From an uncultured Bacteroidales bacterium (GTDB lineage Bacteria > Bacteroidota > Bacteroidia > Bacteroidales > Bacteroidaceae), in the NCBI GenBank assembly GCA_902786925.1, contig CADAEK010000004.1, positions 25,939 to 89,938 of the forward strand: a stretch of 64,000 nucleotides of DNA. The letters run 5' to 3'. The notes under the pieces were generated by a model. It searched no databases, had not been told where the DNA came from, and saw only the letters and a list, made by a program, of their open reading frames with translations. Of this stretch, positions 37,759 to 46,420 are shown in pieces. How positions within the stretch are numbered: position 1 is the first letter of the stretch; each line of letters begins with the position of its first letter. The translations under genes were made by a program, and so were the position numbers.

Positions 37759-38754
37759 TTATTTCTTTGCTGGCACTTCACCGAAGCGCTGGGGTTTAAA
37801 CTTATTGTTGATAAGCGGCACGAAGGCGTTCATGATGAGAATAGCAAATGACATTCCCTCGGGATATGCACCATAGGCACGAATAATGACCGTAAGAGCA
37901 CCAATGGCCACACCATAGACGAGTTGTCCATTCTTGCTCATAGGAGAGGTAACATAGTCCGTTGCCATGAAGATTGCACCCAACAACAGGCCACCACTCA
38001 TCAGTTCAGCCAACGGATTGGCATAGACTGGATCGGCCAGATTGAGAATACTTGAAAGCACTGCAACCGTAACAAGGATGCTGACTGGAATGTGCCATGT
38101 AATAACTTTCTTCACCAACAAGATAATCAGGCCAAGGATGAGCGCTGCTGCACACACCTCACCGAGACAGCCACCGGTATTGCCGAGAAGCATATCTTGG
38201 AACGATGGCAGCTGCTGCAACATCTGAGGATTTCCACTCTTAAATGCTGCTTTCATAATGGAAAGCGGTGTGGCACCTGTTTCTGCATCAAGATAAGTAC
38301 CAAAGCCTTGTCCTGGAGTTGGCCATATAGTCATATCTACAGGGAATGAGATAAGAAGGAAAGCACGGCCAGCCAAAGCTGGGTTGAAGAGGTTGCAACC
38401 TAAGCCGCCGAAAGTCATCTTCACAACTCCAATCGCAAAAAGAGCTCCAACAATGACAATCCATGGCTGAATGTTGCTAGGCATATTGAATGCCAAAAGA
38501 AGACCTGTGAGGATGGCGGAACCATCGCAAACAGTACACTTAGGGTTCTTCAGCATGAACTTGTTGATGGCCCATTCGAAGAACACACACGATGCCACCG
38601 AAATGGCTGTGGTTATGATAGCACCCACGCCAAAGCTGATGAACGAGCAAAGAAGCGCTGGCAGCAAGGCGATGCATACCCAGTACATATTCTTCTGCAC
38701 AGAGTCACCGCTATGCACGTGAGGTGAAAGTGATACTATTAATTTATTTGCCAT
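37759..38754 (-). CDS. rnfD: Rnf electron transport complex subunit D
   Basis: 331-aa polytopic protein. SPHVHS ... GATPL ... FMATDYVTSP are RnfD/NqrB-like motifs. Confidence 0.9.
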   Translation of the reverse strand: MANKLIVSLSPHVHSGDSVQKNMYWVCIALLPALLCSFISFGVGAIITTAISVASCVFFEWAINKFMLKNPKCTVCDGSAILTGLLLAFNMPSNIQPWIVIVGALFAIGVVKMTFGGLGCNLFNPALAGRAFLLISFPVDMTIWPTPGQGFGTYLDAETGATPLSIMKAAFKSGNPQMLQQLPSFQDMLLGNTGGCLGEVCAAALILGLIILLVKKVITWHIPVSILVTVAVLSSILNLADPVYANPLAELMSGGLLLGAIFMATDYVTSPMSKNGQLVYGVAIGALTVIIRAYGAYPEGMSFAILIMNAFVPLINNKFKPQRFGEVPAKK

Positions 38755-38759
38755 AATCT

Positions 38760-40118
38760 TTATTTTTTAGCCGCCATCTGACGAGCACGAATATTGGTCA
38801 TTACAGTTGTTTTACCCACGCGGATAAGATCAAGCAACGGACGGTTAGACGGACAGGTGAACTGGCACGAGCCACACTCGATGCAGCTGGTGATGTCTTC
38901 TGCCTCCACCTTGTCCCACATCTTCTTGCCTGAGCAAGTTGCGAGGAGATAAGGTTCGAGTCCCATTGGGCACGCACTCACGCACTTCGCACAACGAATG
39001 CATGGTTGTGGCTCGCCACGACGAGCCTCTTTTCCACTCATAATAAGCACACCAGAAGAGCCCTTGCAAATTGGTACTTCTGTATTCACCAACGCCTTAC
39101 CCATCATCGGACCACCGCCAATTACCTTAGCTTCGCCATCAGGCAGACCGCCACACGCCTCTATGAGTTGACTCATTGGTGTACCCATGCGGGTGAGGAA
39201 GTTGCTAGGTTGCTTGAGTTGCTTGCCTGTCACAGTAACGATGCGCTCGAAAAGAGGCTTGTTCTTCATTACGGCTTCATAAACCGCGAATGCCGTACCA
39301 ACGTTCTGGATAATGGCACCTACAGACACTGGCAATGCAGGGGGAGCTGGCACCTGACGACGCACGACAGCATCGATGAGCTGTTTTTCACCACCCTGTG
39401 GATATTTGGTCTTTAATGGAACCACCTGAATGTTTGGATGCTCTGCAGCACACTTCTCTGAGAGCAGCTTAATTGCATCTGGCTTGTTTTCCTCAATACC
39501 GATAAAGCCCTTGTTCACCTTAGCTGCCTTCATAAGCAACTCTACGCCCACAAGAATTTCATCTGACTTTTCAAGCATCAGACGATGGTCAGCCGTCAAG
39601 TATGGTTCACACTCTACGGCATTGATAATAACCCATTCTGGCTTGAACTGTGGAGGAGGCATCAGCTTCACATGAGTAGGGAAACATGCACCACCCATAC
39701 CAACAATGCCGGCATTTTTCACTTTCTCTATAATCTCTTCAGGGGTAAGTTCCGGCTTATCTTTCAGGGTGACAAGCTTGTTTGTCCGGTCAATGCCCTC
39801 TTCCCATTCATCACCTTCTACCGCGATGTAGACAGCGGGCTTTTTGTAACCACTCGCATCCACCACCGTGTCAACTTTCAATACTGTGCCACTGACCGAG
39901 GAGAATATAGATGTGGAGAGTGCTTTTTCCATAGGTTTGGCAATCTGTGTGCCCACTTTCACCTTATCGCCTTTTTGAACGATAGGCACAGCGGGGGCAC
40001 CGATGTGCTGGCCCATAGGGAACACCGCCACTTTTGGCAACTCTGCCACTTTTATTGGTTCAGCAGCAGAAAGTTTGTTCTCTGCTGGATGAACACCACC
40101 TATTCTAAATGTTTTCAT
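38760..40118 (-). CDS. rnfC: Rnf electron transport complex subunit C
   Basis: 452 aa. It has an NADH/FMN-binding region (GMGGACFPTHVK) and two 4Fe-4S motifs, CIRCAKCVSACP and CIECGSCQFTCP. Confidence 0.9.
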   Translation of the reverse strand: MKTFRIGGVHPAENKLSAAEPIKVAELPKVAVFPMGQHIGAPAVPIVQKGDKVKVGTQIAKPMEKALSTSIFSSVSGTVLKVDTVVDASGYKKPAVYIAVEGDEWEEGIDRTNKLVTLKDKPELTPEEIIEKVKNAGIVGMGGACFPTHVKLMPPPQFKPEWVIINAVECEPYLTADHRLMLEKSDEILVGVELLMKAAKVNKGFIGIEENKPDAIKLLSEKCAAEHPNIQVVPLKTKYPQGGEKQLIDAVVRRQVPAPPALPVSVGAIIQNVGTAFAVYEAVMKNKPLFERIVTVTGKQLKQPSNFLTRMGTPMSQLIEACGGLPDGEAKVIGGGPMMGKALVNTEVPICKGSSGVLIMSGKEARRGEPQPCIRCAKCVSACPMGLEPYLLATCSGKKMWDKVEAEDITSCIECGSCQFTCPSNRPLLDLIRVGKTTVMTNIRARQMAAKK

Positions 40119-40130
40119 TGCGTTTTCCGT

Positions 40131-41261
40131 TTATTTAAGGCCAAGCAGAATCAACTGGCTTGGTGGAAGTGGAGCGTCTGTGCGCTTAGCTTCGAATTGA
40201 ACTTCTTTACCTGCAAGAATAGGATTGCTGATATCCTTAGGACCTGCAAGGAGAATTTGCTGGCTCGGCAAGAGTGGTGCACCGTCATACTTGAGTTCGA
40301 TGGGTTTCCACTCCTTTGCAGGTTTGCTTGGTGCTGCCACAGGGGCATCGGCCGACTTAACAGCTTGTTGTGCAACAGGTTTCGTACCAGCAGTTTTTGG
40401 CATTGTAGCAACCACCTTACGCTCAACACCTTTAACACAGATAGAAGCAATTGTACCACGAGGACAAGCCTCATAGCAAGCTCCACAAAGCACACATGTC
40501 TCAGGATTGATGTAAGCTACATTGTTAACGACTTGAACCGCATCACTGCCACAAGCATTCTGACACTTCTTGCATGCGATACAAGAACTGCCACAAATTT
40601 TCATGGCATCAGCGCCCTTGTCCTTATTCATACAAGTCACGACAAAGGCATCCTTGTTTTCACCACTCACGTTGCGCACCTCGATAATACCACGTGGACA
40701 GGCTTTTGCACATGCGCCACATGCAGTACACTTGGTAGCATCCACCTCTGGAAGCCCCGTCTTTGGGTTCATGTGGATGGCATCAAACAGACAAGCATCA
40801 ACACAATCTCCACAGCCTAAACAGCCATATGAACATTGGGTCTCGCCCATGCAGGTAGAGTTAGCCACACGGCAACTCTTTACACCATCATAAGCAGTGA
40901 AACGAGGGCGCACGTCACACGTGCCATTACATCTCACCACCGCCAGTTTGGGAGCTGCAGCCGCAACCTCCATACCCAAGATTCCCGCAACCTGCTGCAT
41001 GCACTCAGCACCACCTACAGGACAGTTCAGTCCATCAAGCGAACCTGCATCAGCAGCTTTCACACAAGCTGCAGCCATACCGCCACAACCCGGGAAGCCG
41101 CAGCCACCGCAATTGGCGCCTGGCAGCACCTCAAGCACCTGACCGATTCGGGGGTCTTCCTTCACTGCAAACCGCTTTGACACCACGAAGAGCAACAGTG
41201 CAAGCACGAAGCCCAAAACGGCCAAAGCAATCACAGCAATCAGAATTACTTGAAAATCCAT
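40131..41261 (-). CDS. rnfB: Rnf electron transport complex subunit B, polyferredoxin form with a C-terminal extension
   Basis: 376 aa with an N-terminal TM helix, CGGCGFPGC, and several CxxCxxCxxxCP ferredoxin motifs. A tail of ~100 aa follows that contains no Cys. Confidence 0.85.
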   Translation of the reverse strand: MDFQVILIAVIALAVLGFVLALLLFVVSKRFAVKEDPRIGQVLEVLPGANCGGCGFPGCGGMAAACVKAADAGSLDGLNCPVGGAECMQQVAGILGMEVAAAAPKLAVVRCNGTCDVRPRFTAYDGVKSCRVANSTCMGETQCSYGCLGCGDCVDACLFDAIHMNPKTGLPEVDATKCTACGACAKACPRGIIEVRNVSGENKDAFVVTCMNKDKGADAMKICGSSCIACKKCQNACGSDAVQVVNNVAYINPETCVLCGACYEACPRGTIASICVKGVERKVVATMPKTAGTKPVAQQAVKSADAPVAAPSKPAKEWKPIELKYDGAPLLPSQQILLAGPKDISNPILAGKEVQFEAKRTDAPLPPSQLILLGLK

Positions 41262-41350
41262 AAAATGTTTATTTAGTTTAGTTTATTTAAGATGTTCAAA
41301 AGTTAGTAAACATTACACACACCGCACACGTTGCATTGACTGCATCCTCC

Positions 41351-41767
41351 CTACTCTATCCAGAAGGCAAAACGCCGAGCCAGCCGGCCTTTATTTATAT
41401 ATAATGTGTAAAAATAGGCAGCCTGTAATAGAATCAAGACTCCAACAGACACCAGATCATTCAGGCGCAACCACACCATCGCCACCAGCATCCACACAAT
41501 TGTGAGCAGCAGCGGGAGACCGAACGCCAGATGAACTGCTTGTTTGCCCATGCTCAACGTGCCGCACACACTCACACGCTGTCCCACCTGATACTTCTGT
41601 GAGGCACCTTGCTCATAGACATCTATTATTTTTTCCTTGCTTTCGCTTGATGAGCATAAGGCGCGTGCCTGACAACTACTGCAAGCAGACACCTGGAGGA
41701 TGTTAACCCTCACATGAGGCCCTTCTACAGACGCGACAACGCCCTGATGCTCTATTTTTTCACTCAT
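41351..41767 (-). CDS. rseC: RseC/MucC (SoxR-reducing system) family protein
   Basis: 138 aa. It has an N-terminal CSSCQARALC region and two C-terminal TM helices, and it is the first gene of the rnf cluster. Confidence 0.65.
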   Translation of the reverse strand: MSEKIEHQGVVASVEGPHVRVNILQVSACSSCQARALCSSSESKEKIIDVYEQGASQKYQVGQRVSVCGTLSMGKQAVHLAFGLPLLLTIVWMLVAMVWLRLNDLVSVGVLILLQAAYFYTLYINKGRLARRFAFWIE

Positions 41768-41952
41768 GATAATAGACTACATATACGTTTGGTATGAAGA
41801 TTCCTTCATTTGCTGACAAATTGCAAAGTTGACTTTACAATTCAACATGGCAAAAGTACTAATTTAAATCCTATCCCAAAAAGAAAAACACAAAAAACAC
41901 TCGAAAAGATGAAAAGATTTGTGTTTTTCCTAAAAAAGAAAAGAAAAAAGCG

Positions 41953-41960
41953 TAACTTTG
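41953..41960 (+). promoter_or_regulatory. -7 promoter box TAACTTTG for rpsP
   Basis: TAnnTTTG match 86 nt upstream of the ATG at 42047. Confidence 0.5.
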
Positions 41961-42046
41961 CACCGTCATTACGAGTTAGTGACAGAGTTCACGTCGTCAC
42001 GGGATGGCGACACAATCATTAACAATTAAACATTTTTCATTGCAAA

Positions 42047-42583
42047 ATGGCAACAAAAATCCGTTTGCAACGTCACGGTCGCAAGAACTATGCGTTCTAT
42101 AGCATCGTGATTGCTAATGCACAGGCACCACGCGATGGTCGCTTTATCGAGAAGATTGGTACATACAATCCTAACACCAATCCTGCAACAATCGATTTGA
42201 ACTTTGAACGCGCGCTCTACTGGGTGCTCGTTGGTGCTCAGCCAACTGACACCGTTCGCAACATCCTTTCTGAAGAAGGCGTATACATGAAGAAGCACCT
42301 CCTCGGTGGTGTAAAGAAGGGCGCTTTCGACGAAGCTGCTGCTGAAACTAAGTTCTCTGCATGGAAGGCAGAGAAGGACGCTAAGGCACAGAAGGCTGCT
42401 GACAAGGCTGCTGCAGATAAGGTTGCTGACAAGAAGGCTCGTCTCGCTGCTGAGAAGAAGGCCAACGAAGCTCTCGCTGCTAAGATCGCTGAGAAGAAGG
42501 CTGCTGCAGCTGCTCAGGCAGAGGCTGAAGCTGAGGTTGAAGCTCCTGCAGAAGAGGCTACAGAAGCACCTGCTGAGGCATAA
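42047..42583 (+). CDS. rpsP: 30S ribosomal protein S16 with a long Ala/Lys/Glu-rich C-terminal tail
   Basis: The N-terminal 80 aa ([21 protein letters not shown] ...) is canonical S16. Residues ~85-178 are low-complexity A/K/E. Confidence 0.9.
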   Translation: MATKIRLQRHGRKNYAFYSIVIANAQAPRDGRFIEKIGTYNPNTNPATIDLNFERALYWVLVGAQPTDTVRNILSEEGVYMKKHLLGGVKKGAFDEAAAETKFSAWKAEKDAKAQKAADKAAADKVADKKARLAAEKKANEALAAKIAEKKAAAAAQAEAEAEVEAPAEEATEAPAEA

Positions 42584-42605
42584 ATCGACAAAGATTGATG
42601 TAACT

Positions 42606-42667
42606 CGTCAAACAACAAAGAAGAGGGTGAATCCATTTGGGTTCACCCTCTTCTTTGTTGTTTGACG
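42606..42667. terminator. Very long perfect hairpin between rpsP and the convergent PagL-like gene
   Basis: 26-bp perfect inverted repeat cgtcaaacaacaaagaagagggtgaa / ttcaccctcttctttgttgtttgacg with a 10-nt loop. Confidence 0.6.
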
Positions 42668-42692
42668 CCTCATCTTGCGCGGCCGCCATTCT

Positions 42693-44006
42693 TCACTTTC
42701 CCTTTTTCCTCAGGTTCCAGTGTCCAGCATGCATACCCACTTTCAGTTCCATCGCATAGGCCTTGCCCATATTAGCTTTCACATTGTAGCCAATGTAGAA
42801 GGGCTTGAAGAATTTGGGATAATAGCGAATGCCTATCGTCTCTACTAACCAAGGCTCATACTTAGCGCCCACCCATCCATGCTGGCGGAACAGGTAGGTT
42901 CCGACAGACATAGGCAATGAAAGCTGCTTATAAAATACTTCATGATGACCAAAAATGTACAGCGTATGCTTACTATGGCGATAATTAGTGGTGACGCCAC
43001 ACTGGCGTTCGATTTTTGAGGAGCGCGATAAATAGCCCGCAAAAGAATACTCTAATCCCAAACCGGATGCGTGCACTTGATTGTAGCGAACCATTGTCGT
43101 GAGTCCTGTGCTCCAAACTGTGTGAAGACCGAGTTTTCCATCTTGCTTTCGCTCTGCGTCCGTCATGTGCTCACGCTGCAAAAGCCACTCTTCATAAAGC
43201 GTGCGGAATCCCACAGAGGCATCAATATCAAGATACATGTATGGTTCATGCAGAGGACGCTTAAAGCGCTGCAACTGCAGCAGTCTCTCATGATATGTAA
43301 GCCCCAAGTCGTTAGCAGGGCGATTCAAGTCGCAGCGTCCACGCAAAGTCAGTCCATAACTATTGGAACCTTTGTTAGGACGGTCGGTGGCACCATTCGA
43401 CGCGTGCTTGTACTCAAAGCACAAGCCTAATTCCACAGGAGGTGCAATGCGATAAGCAGCCTGCACACCACATCCAAAATAAAGGGCAAGGTGCTGACCA
43501 ATAAAATCGTTGTCGAGGTTAGAATGAGGGTTGTATGGCCGAGAGCACAAAGCAAGACCGTTCTCTAAGGCATAGCCGAATGACCATTTTCGATTGCGAT
43601 AGATGTCACGGCGGAAGGCAATATACGCTGTCCACACATAACCGACTCGTGACTGGTAAGGCGTGTTCTGCGTGTGCAAACGTGTATGGCTATAGTCAAG
43701 CAATTGAACACCTGCTTCCAGCGTAGGAAATCCGAACACGCGGTCATATACACTGATGGCCGTGTCCAAGGGGTTCGCCTGCGCATTCATAAAGAGTGAA
43801 TAGTTAGCGCCCCATCCGCGCTTAACTAACTGTTCACCGCGTATTTTAATATTGATTAGATGGTTCATGCCGGCACTTCCACCCACAGAATAGATGAACT
43901 TGGGAGTATTCTCTATTACAACAGAATCAGTGTCTTCTGCTCTCATAGATACAAAAGACACTGATACCATTATCGCCAAGAGGCTGCTCCGAAGAAGTTG
44001 CGACAT
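42693..44006 (-). CDS. Outer-membrane acyloxyacyl hydrolase-like protein (PagL-like lipid A deacylase family, tentative)
   Basis: 437 aa with a signal peptide and a beta-strand-rich sequence. The HASNG motif (KHASNGATD) resembles the His-x-Ser catalytic pair of PagL. The family assignment is from memory only. Confidence 0.45.
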   Translation of the reverse strand: MSQLLRSSLLAIMVSVSFVSMRAEDTDSVVIENTPKFIYSVGGSAGMNHLINIKIRGEQLVKRGWGANYSLFMNAQANPLDTAISVYDRVFGFPTLEAGVQLLDYSHTRLHTQNTPYQSRVGYVWTAYIAFRRDIYRNRKWSFGYALENGLALCSRPYNPHSNLDNDFIGQHLALYFGCGVQAAYRIAPPVELGLCFEYKHASNGATDRPNKGSNSYGLTLRGRCDLNRPANDLGLTYHERLLQLQRFKRPLHEPYMYLDIDASVGFRTLYEEWLLQREHMTDAERKQDGKLGLHTVWSTGLTTMVRYNQVHASGLGLEYSFAGYLSRSSKIERQCGVTTNYRHSKHTLYIFGHHEVFYKQLSLPMSVGTYLFRQHGWVGAKYEPWLVETIGIRYYPKFFKPFYIGYNVKANMGKAYAMELKVGMHAGHWNLRKKGK

Positions 44007-44020
44007 ACCTTCTTACAATC

Positions 44021-45094
44021 TTATTCGGCAGAGAACTCCTTGATGCGTTGCTCTTCTTCCAATTTACAAATCAGCAAGGTGTCGTCCTTCTCAGCCACAA
44101 TATACCCTTCCAATCCTTGAATTACAACACGCTTTTCCTCTGTGACATGCACCACACAGTCACGTGTCTCATATAGCTTCACGTTAGAACCTATCACGTT
44201 ATTTCCCTGAGAATCTTTTTCTGCCAATGTGTGAAGTGAGCCCCATGTTCCCACATCACTCCATCCGAAATCGGCTGGGAACACAAAGATTTCGTCTGCG
44301 CGCTCCATCACAGCATAGTCAATAGAGATGCTTGGGCACTCAGGGAAATGCTTGTCAATCGCTGCCTGTTCCTTATCGGTTCCATACACAGGCAACAAGT
44401 CCTCAAAAATCCGAGAAATTTCTGGTTCGTAAATACGGAGTGAGTTCACGATGGTGCCTACATTCCAGATAAAGATGCCTGAATTCCAGAAGAACTCCTT
44501 GCTCTTCAAATACTTGACAGCTGTCTGATAATCGGGCTTCTCCTTAAAAGAATCCACACGGAAGATTTCCCTATTGCGCAAAGATGGCTCTTGCAAATCT
44601 GCCTGAATGTAGCCATATCCAGTCTCGGGGCGCGTTGGGTTCATTCCTAACGTAACGATAGCATCAGTCTCGGCTGTGAAGTTCAAAGCTGAAGAAATGA
44701 CACGCTGAAACTCTATTACATCCGTCACCAAATGGTCTGAAGGTGTAATGACCAGATTTGCCTTCGGATTCTTCGCCTTGATGCGCCAGCTCACGTAGGC
44801 AATGCAAGGCGCCGTGTTGCGTCGGCAAGGTTCCAACAAAATATTTCCTTTGGGAATATCAGGCAACTGCTCAGCCACGGTGTCTGCATAGCGCTGTGAA
44901 GTAACCACCCACACATTCTCGGGTGCAATGATGCCCCTAAAGCGGTCATATGTCATCTGTATAAACGTGCGTCCTGTGCCAAACACGTCAATAAACTGTT
45001 TCGGACACTCTGTTGTGCTCATGGGCCAAAAACGACTGCCCACACCGCCTGCCATAATTACGAGATTGTCGTTAGGGTTCAGCTGCATACTCAT
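44021..45094 (-). CDS. manC: Mannose-1-phosphate guanylyltransferase
   Basis: 357 aa. The N-terminal VIMAGGVGSRFWPMS is a nucleotidyltransferase motif, and the length and layout match ManC without the isomerase domain. Confidence 0.8.
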   Translation of the reverse strand: MSMQLNPNDNLVIMAGGVGSRFWPMSTTECPKQFIDVFGTGRTFIQMTYDRFRGIIAPENVWVVTSQRYADTVAEQLPDIPKGNILLEPCRRNTAPCIAYVSWRIKAKNPKANLVITPSDHLVTDVIEFQRVISSALNFTAETDAIVTLGMNPTRPETGYGYIQADLQEPSLRNREIFRVDSFKEKPDYQTAVKYLKSKEFFWNSGIFIWNVGTIVNSLRIYEPEISRIFEDLLPVYGTDKEQAAIDKHFPECPSISIDYAVMERADEIFVFPADFGWSDVGTWGSLHTLAEKDSQGNNVIGSNVKLYETRDCVVHVTEEKRVVIQGLEGYIVAEKDDTLLICKLEEEQRIKEFSAE

Positions 45095-45137
45095 CTCTGC
45101 TCAATAAATTAGTACTCCTGATATTCGAATTTTTATG

Positions 45138-45145
45138 CAAAATTA
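45138..45145 (-). promoter_or_regulatory. -7 promoter box (TAATTTTG on minus strand) for manC
   Basis: Plus-strand caaaatta, 43 nt upstream of the ATG at 45094. Confidence 0.45.
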
Positions 45146-45220
45146 ATGTTTTTCATTCGAATCGCAACATCTTTTCACAAAAAACCTCCAGAAAGTGATT
45201 TACATGAGGACAGAAAAAAG

Positions 45221-45228
45221 TATATTTG
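45221..45228 (+). promoter_or_regulatory. -7 promoter box TATATTTG for the BadF/NagK-like gene
   Basis: TAnnTTTG match 20 nt upstream of the ATG at 45249. This supports the downstream start. Confidence 0.45.
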
Positions 45229-45248
45229 TAAAAAATATCACAATAATA

Positions 45249-46145
45249 ATGACTCTAATCGCAGATAGCGGCTCGACCAAGACCGCATGGTGCCTGGCCG
45301 AAGATGGCAACAATATCATTTACACCCAAGGCATTAACCCCTTTCAGCAAGACGAGGAAACCATATGTGAAATTCTACGCAAGGAGCTGATGCCAAACCT
45401 TTTGACACTAAGACACAAAGAATCATCTGTCACAGGAGAACAGCAACTCTCAGCAATCTATTTCTATGGAGCAGGATGCACCCCCGAAAAAGCCCCCATC
45501 GTAGCTTCTTGTCTCAAGAAGAGCGTGAGTGCTACGGCCCAGATTCATGTGGCAAGTGATATGCTTGGAGCCGCACGAGGAGCTTGTGGACGCGATGCTG
45601 GCATCGTCTGCATTCTCGGCACAGGCAGCAATTCCTGTTACTATGACGGAGAGCAGTTGCACGCTGGCATCCCTGCCCTTGGCTACATTCTGGGCGATGA
45701 AGGCAGCGGAGCATACATCGGCAAACGGATGGTTGGCGATATTTTCAAACAGCAACTACCGCAAGACGTGTGTCAGCTGTTCTTCGACGAAACCCACGAG
45801 ACTCAAGCTAACATCATCCAGCGCGTCTATCGCACTCCCCTCCCCAATCGCTACTTGGCCTCGCTCAGCCCCTTCTGTGCACGCCACCGAGAGCATCCAG
45901 CCATCCACGCTCTCCTCATTGATTGTTTCACCCAGTTCTTCCACCGCAACATCGTCCCCTTAATACAGAGCATGGGAAACAGCGGAGAAATTGCATCGAC
46001 AGTCCATTTTGTCGGCAGCATCGCATACCACTATCACGAAGAACTTGCAGAAGCTGCCCAACGATGCGGATTCACCATAGGCCACACCCTCCAGTCACCG
46101 CTCGAGGGACTAGTGGACTATCACAGCCAGTCTCTCCCTTTGTAA
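45249..46145 (+). CDS. BadF/BadG/BcrA/BcrD-type ATPase (N-acetylglucosamine kinase-like)
   Basis: LIADSGSTKTAWCL ... CILGTGSNS ... GYILGDEGSGAYIG are ASKHA-fold phosphate motifs. Confidence 0.75.
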   Translation: MTLIADSGSTKTAWCLAEDGNNIIYTQGINPFQQDEETICEILRKELMPNLLTLRHKESSVTGEQQLSAIYFYGAGCTPEKAPIVASCLKKSVSATAQIHVASDMLGAARGACGRDAGIVCILGTGSNSCYYDGEQLHAGIPALGYILGDEGSGAYIGKRMVGDIFKQQLPQDVCQLFFDETHETQANIIQRVYRTPLPNRYLASLSPFCARHREHPAIHALLIDCFTQFFHRNIVPLIQSMGNSGEIASTVHFVGSIAYHYHEELAEAAQRCGFTIGHTLQSPLEGLVDYHSQSLPL

Positions 46146-46163
46146 CTATTCCACCCATACAAT

Positions 46164-46198
46164 AAAAGGGGGCGAGTTCATCGAACTCGCCCCCTTTT
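46164..46198 (+). terminator. Rho-independent terminator after the BadF/NagK-like gene
   Basis: 16-bp perfect stem aaaagggggcgagttc / gaactcgccccctttt with a 3-nt loop, running into ttttgttttg. Confidence 0.7.
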
Positions 46199-46220
46199 GT
46201 TTTGTTCTATTTGTACGCAC

Positions 46221-46305
46221 CCGAAGCCACTTTTTCGGTCTGAGTCACACCGATAGTGCCGGTGTGACTCAGACCGATGGTACCGGTGTGACTCACACCG
46301 TTTTT
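46221..46305 (+). repeat. Three 17-bp near-palindromic repeats at 24-bp spacing, ending in TTTTT (REP-like element or small-RNA candidate)
   Basis: A is cggtctgagtcacaccg (46236-46252). A' is cggtgtgactcagaccg (46260-46276) and is the exact reverse complement of A. B is cggtgtgactcacaccg (46284-46300). The spacers are atagtgc and atggtac. A small hairpin ccgaa...ttcgg precedes at 46221-46238. Confidence 0.85.
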
Positions 46306-46420
46306 GACGACTACGGAGCTATCCTATATGTACTTTTCCTGTCAGCATTTACCAACAGCGGTAGCAGCACATTTCTCGGTCCGGAATGAGGTGCCATGAA
46401 AACCAAAGCGACACGCTCTT

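Noticed and set aside
39585-40820. 411-aa plus-strand ORF spanning the rnfC/rnfB junction
   Set aside because: It is entirely antisense to two well-supported rnf genes. Its composition is low-complexity and Cys/His/Thr-rich, with no motifs or promoter box. This is a typical shadow ORF.
41784-41791. Plus-strand TACGTTTG box 260 nt upstream of rpsP
   Set aside because: A better-placed box exists at 41953. This one sits 17 nt from the divergent rseC start and is probably a chance match. I found no convincing minus-strand box for the rseC-rnf operon.
42330-42580. Imperfect nucleotide tandem repeats (gctgctga/aag) as a non-coding satellite
   Set aside because: They are in frame within rpsP and encode the Ala/Lys/Glu tail, so this is coding low complexity.
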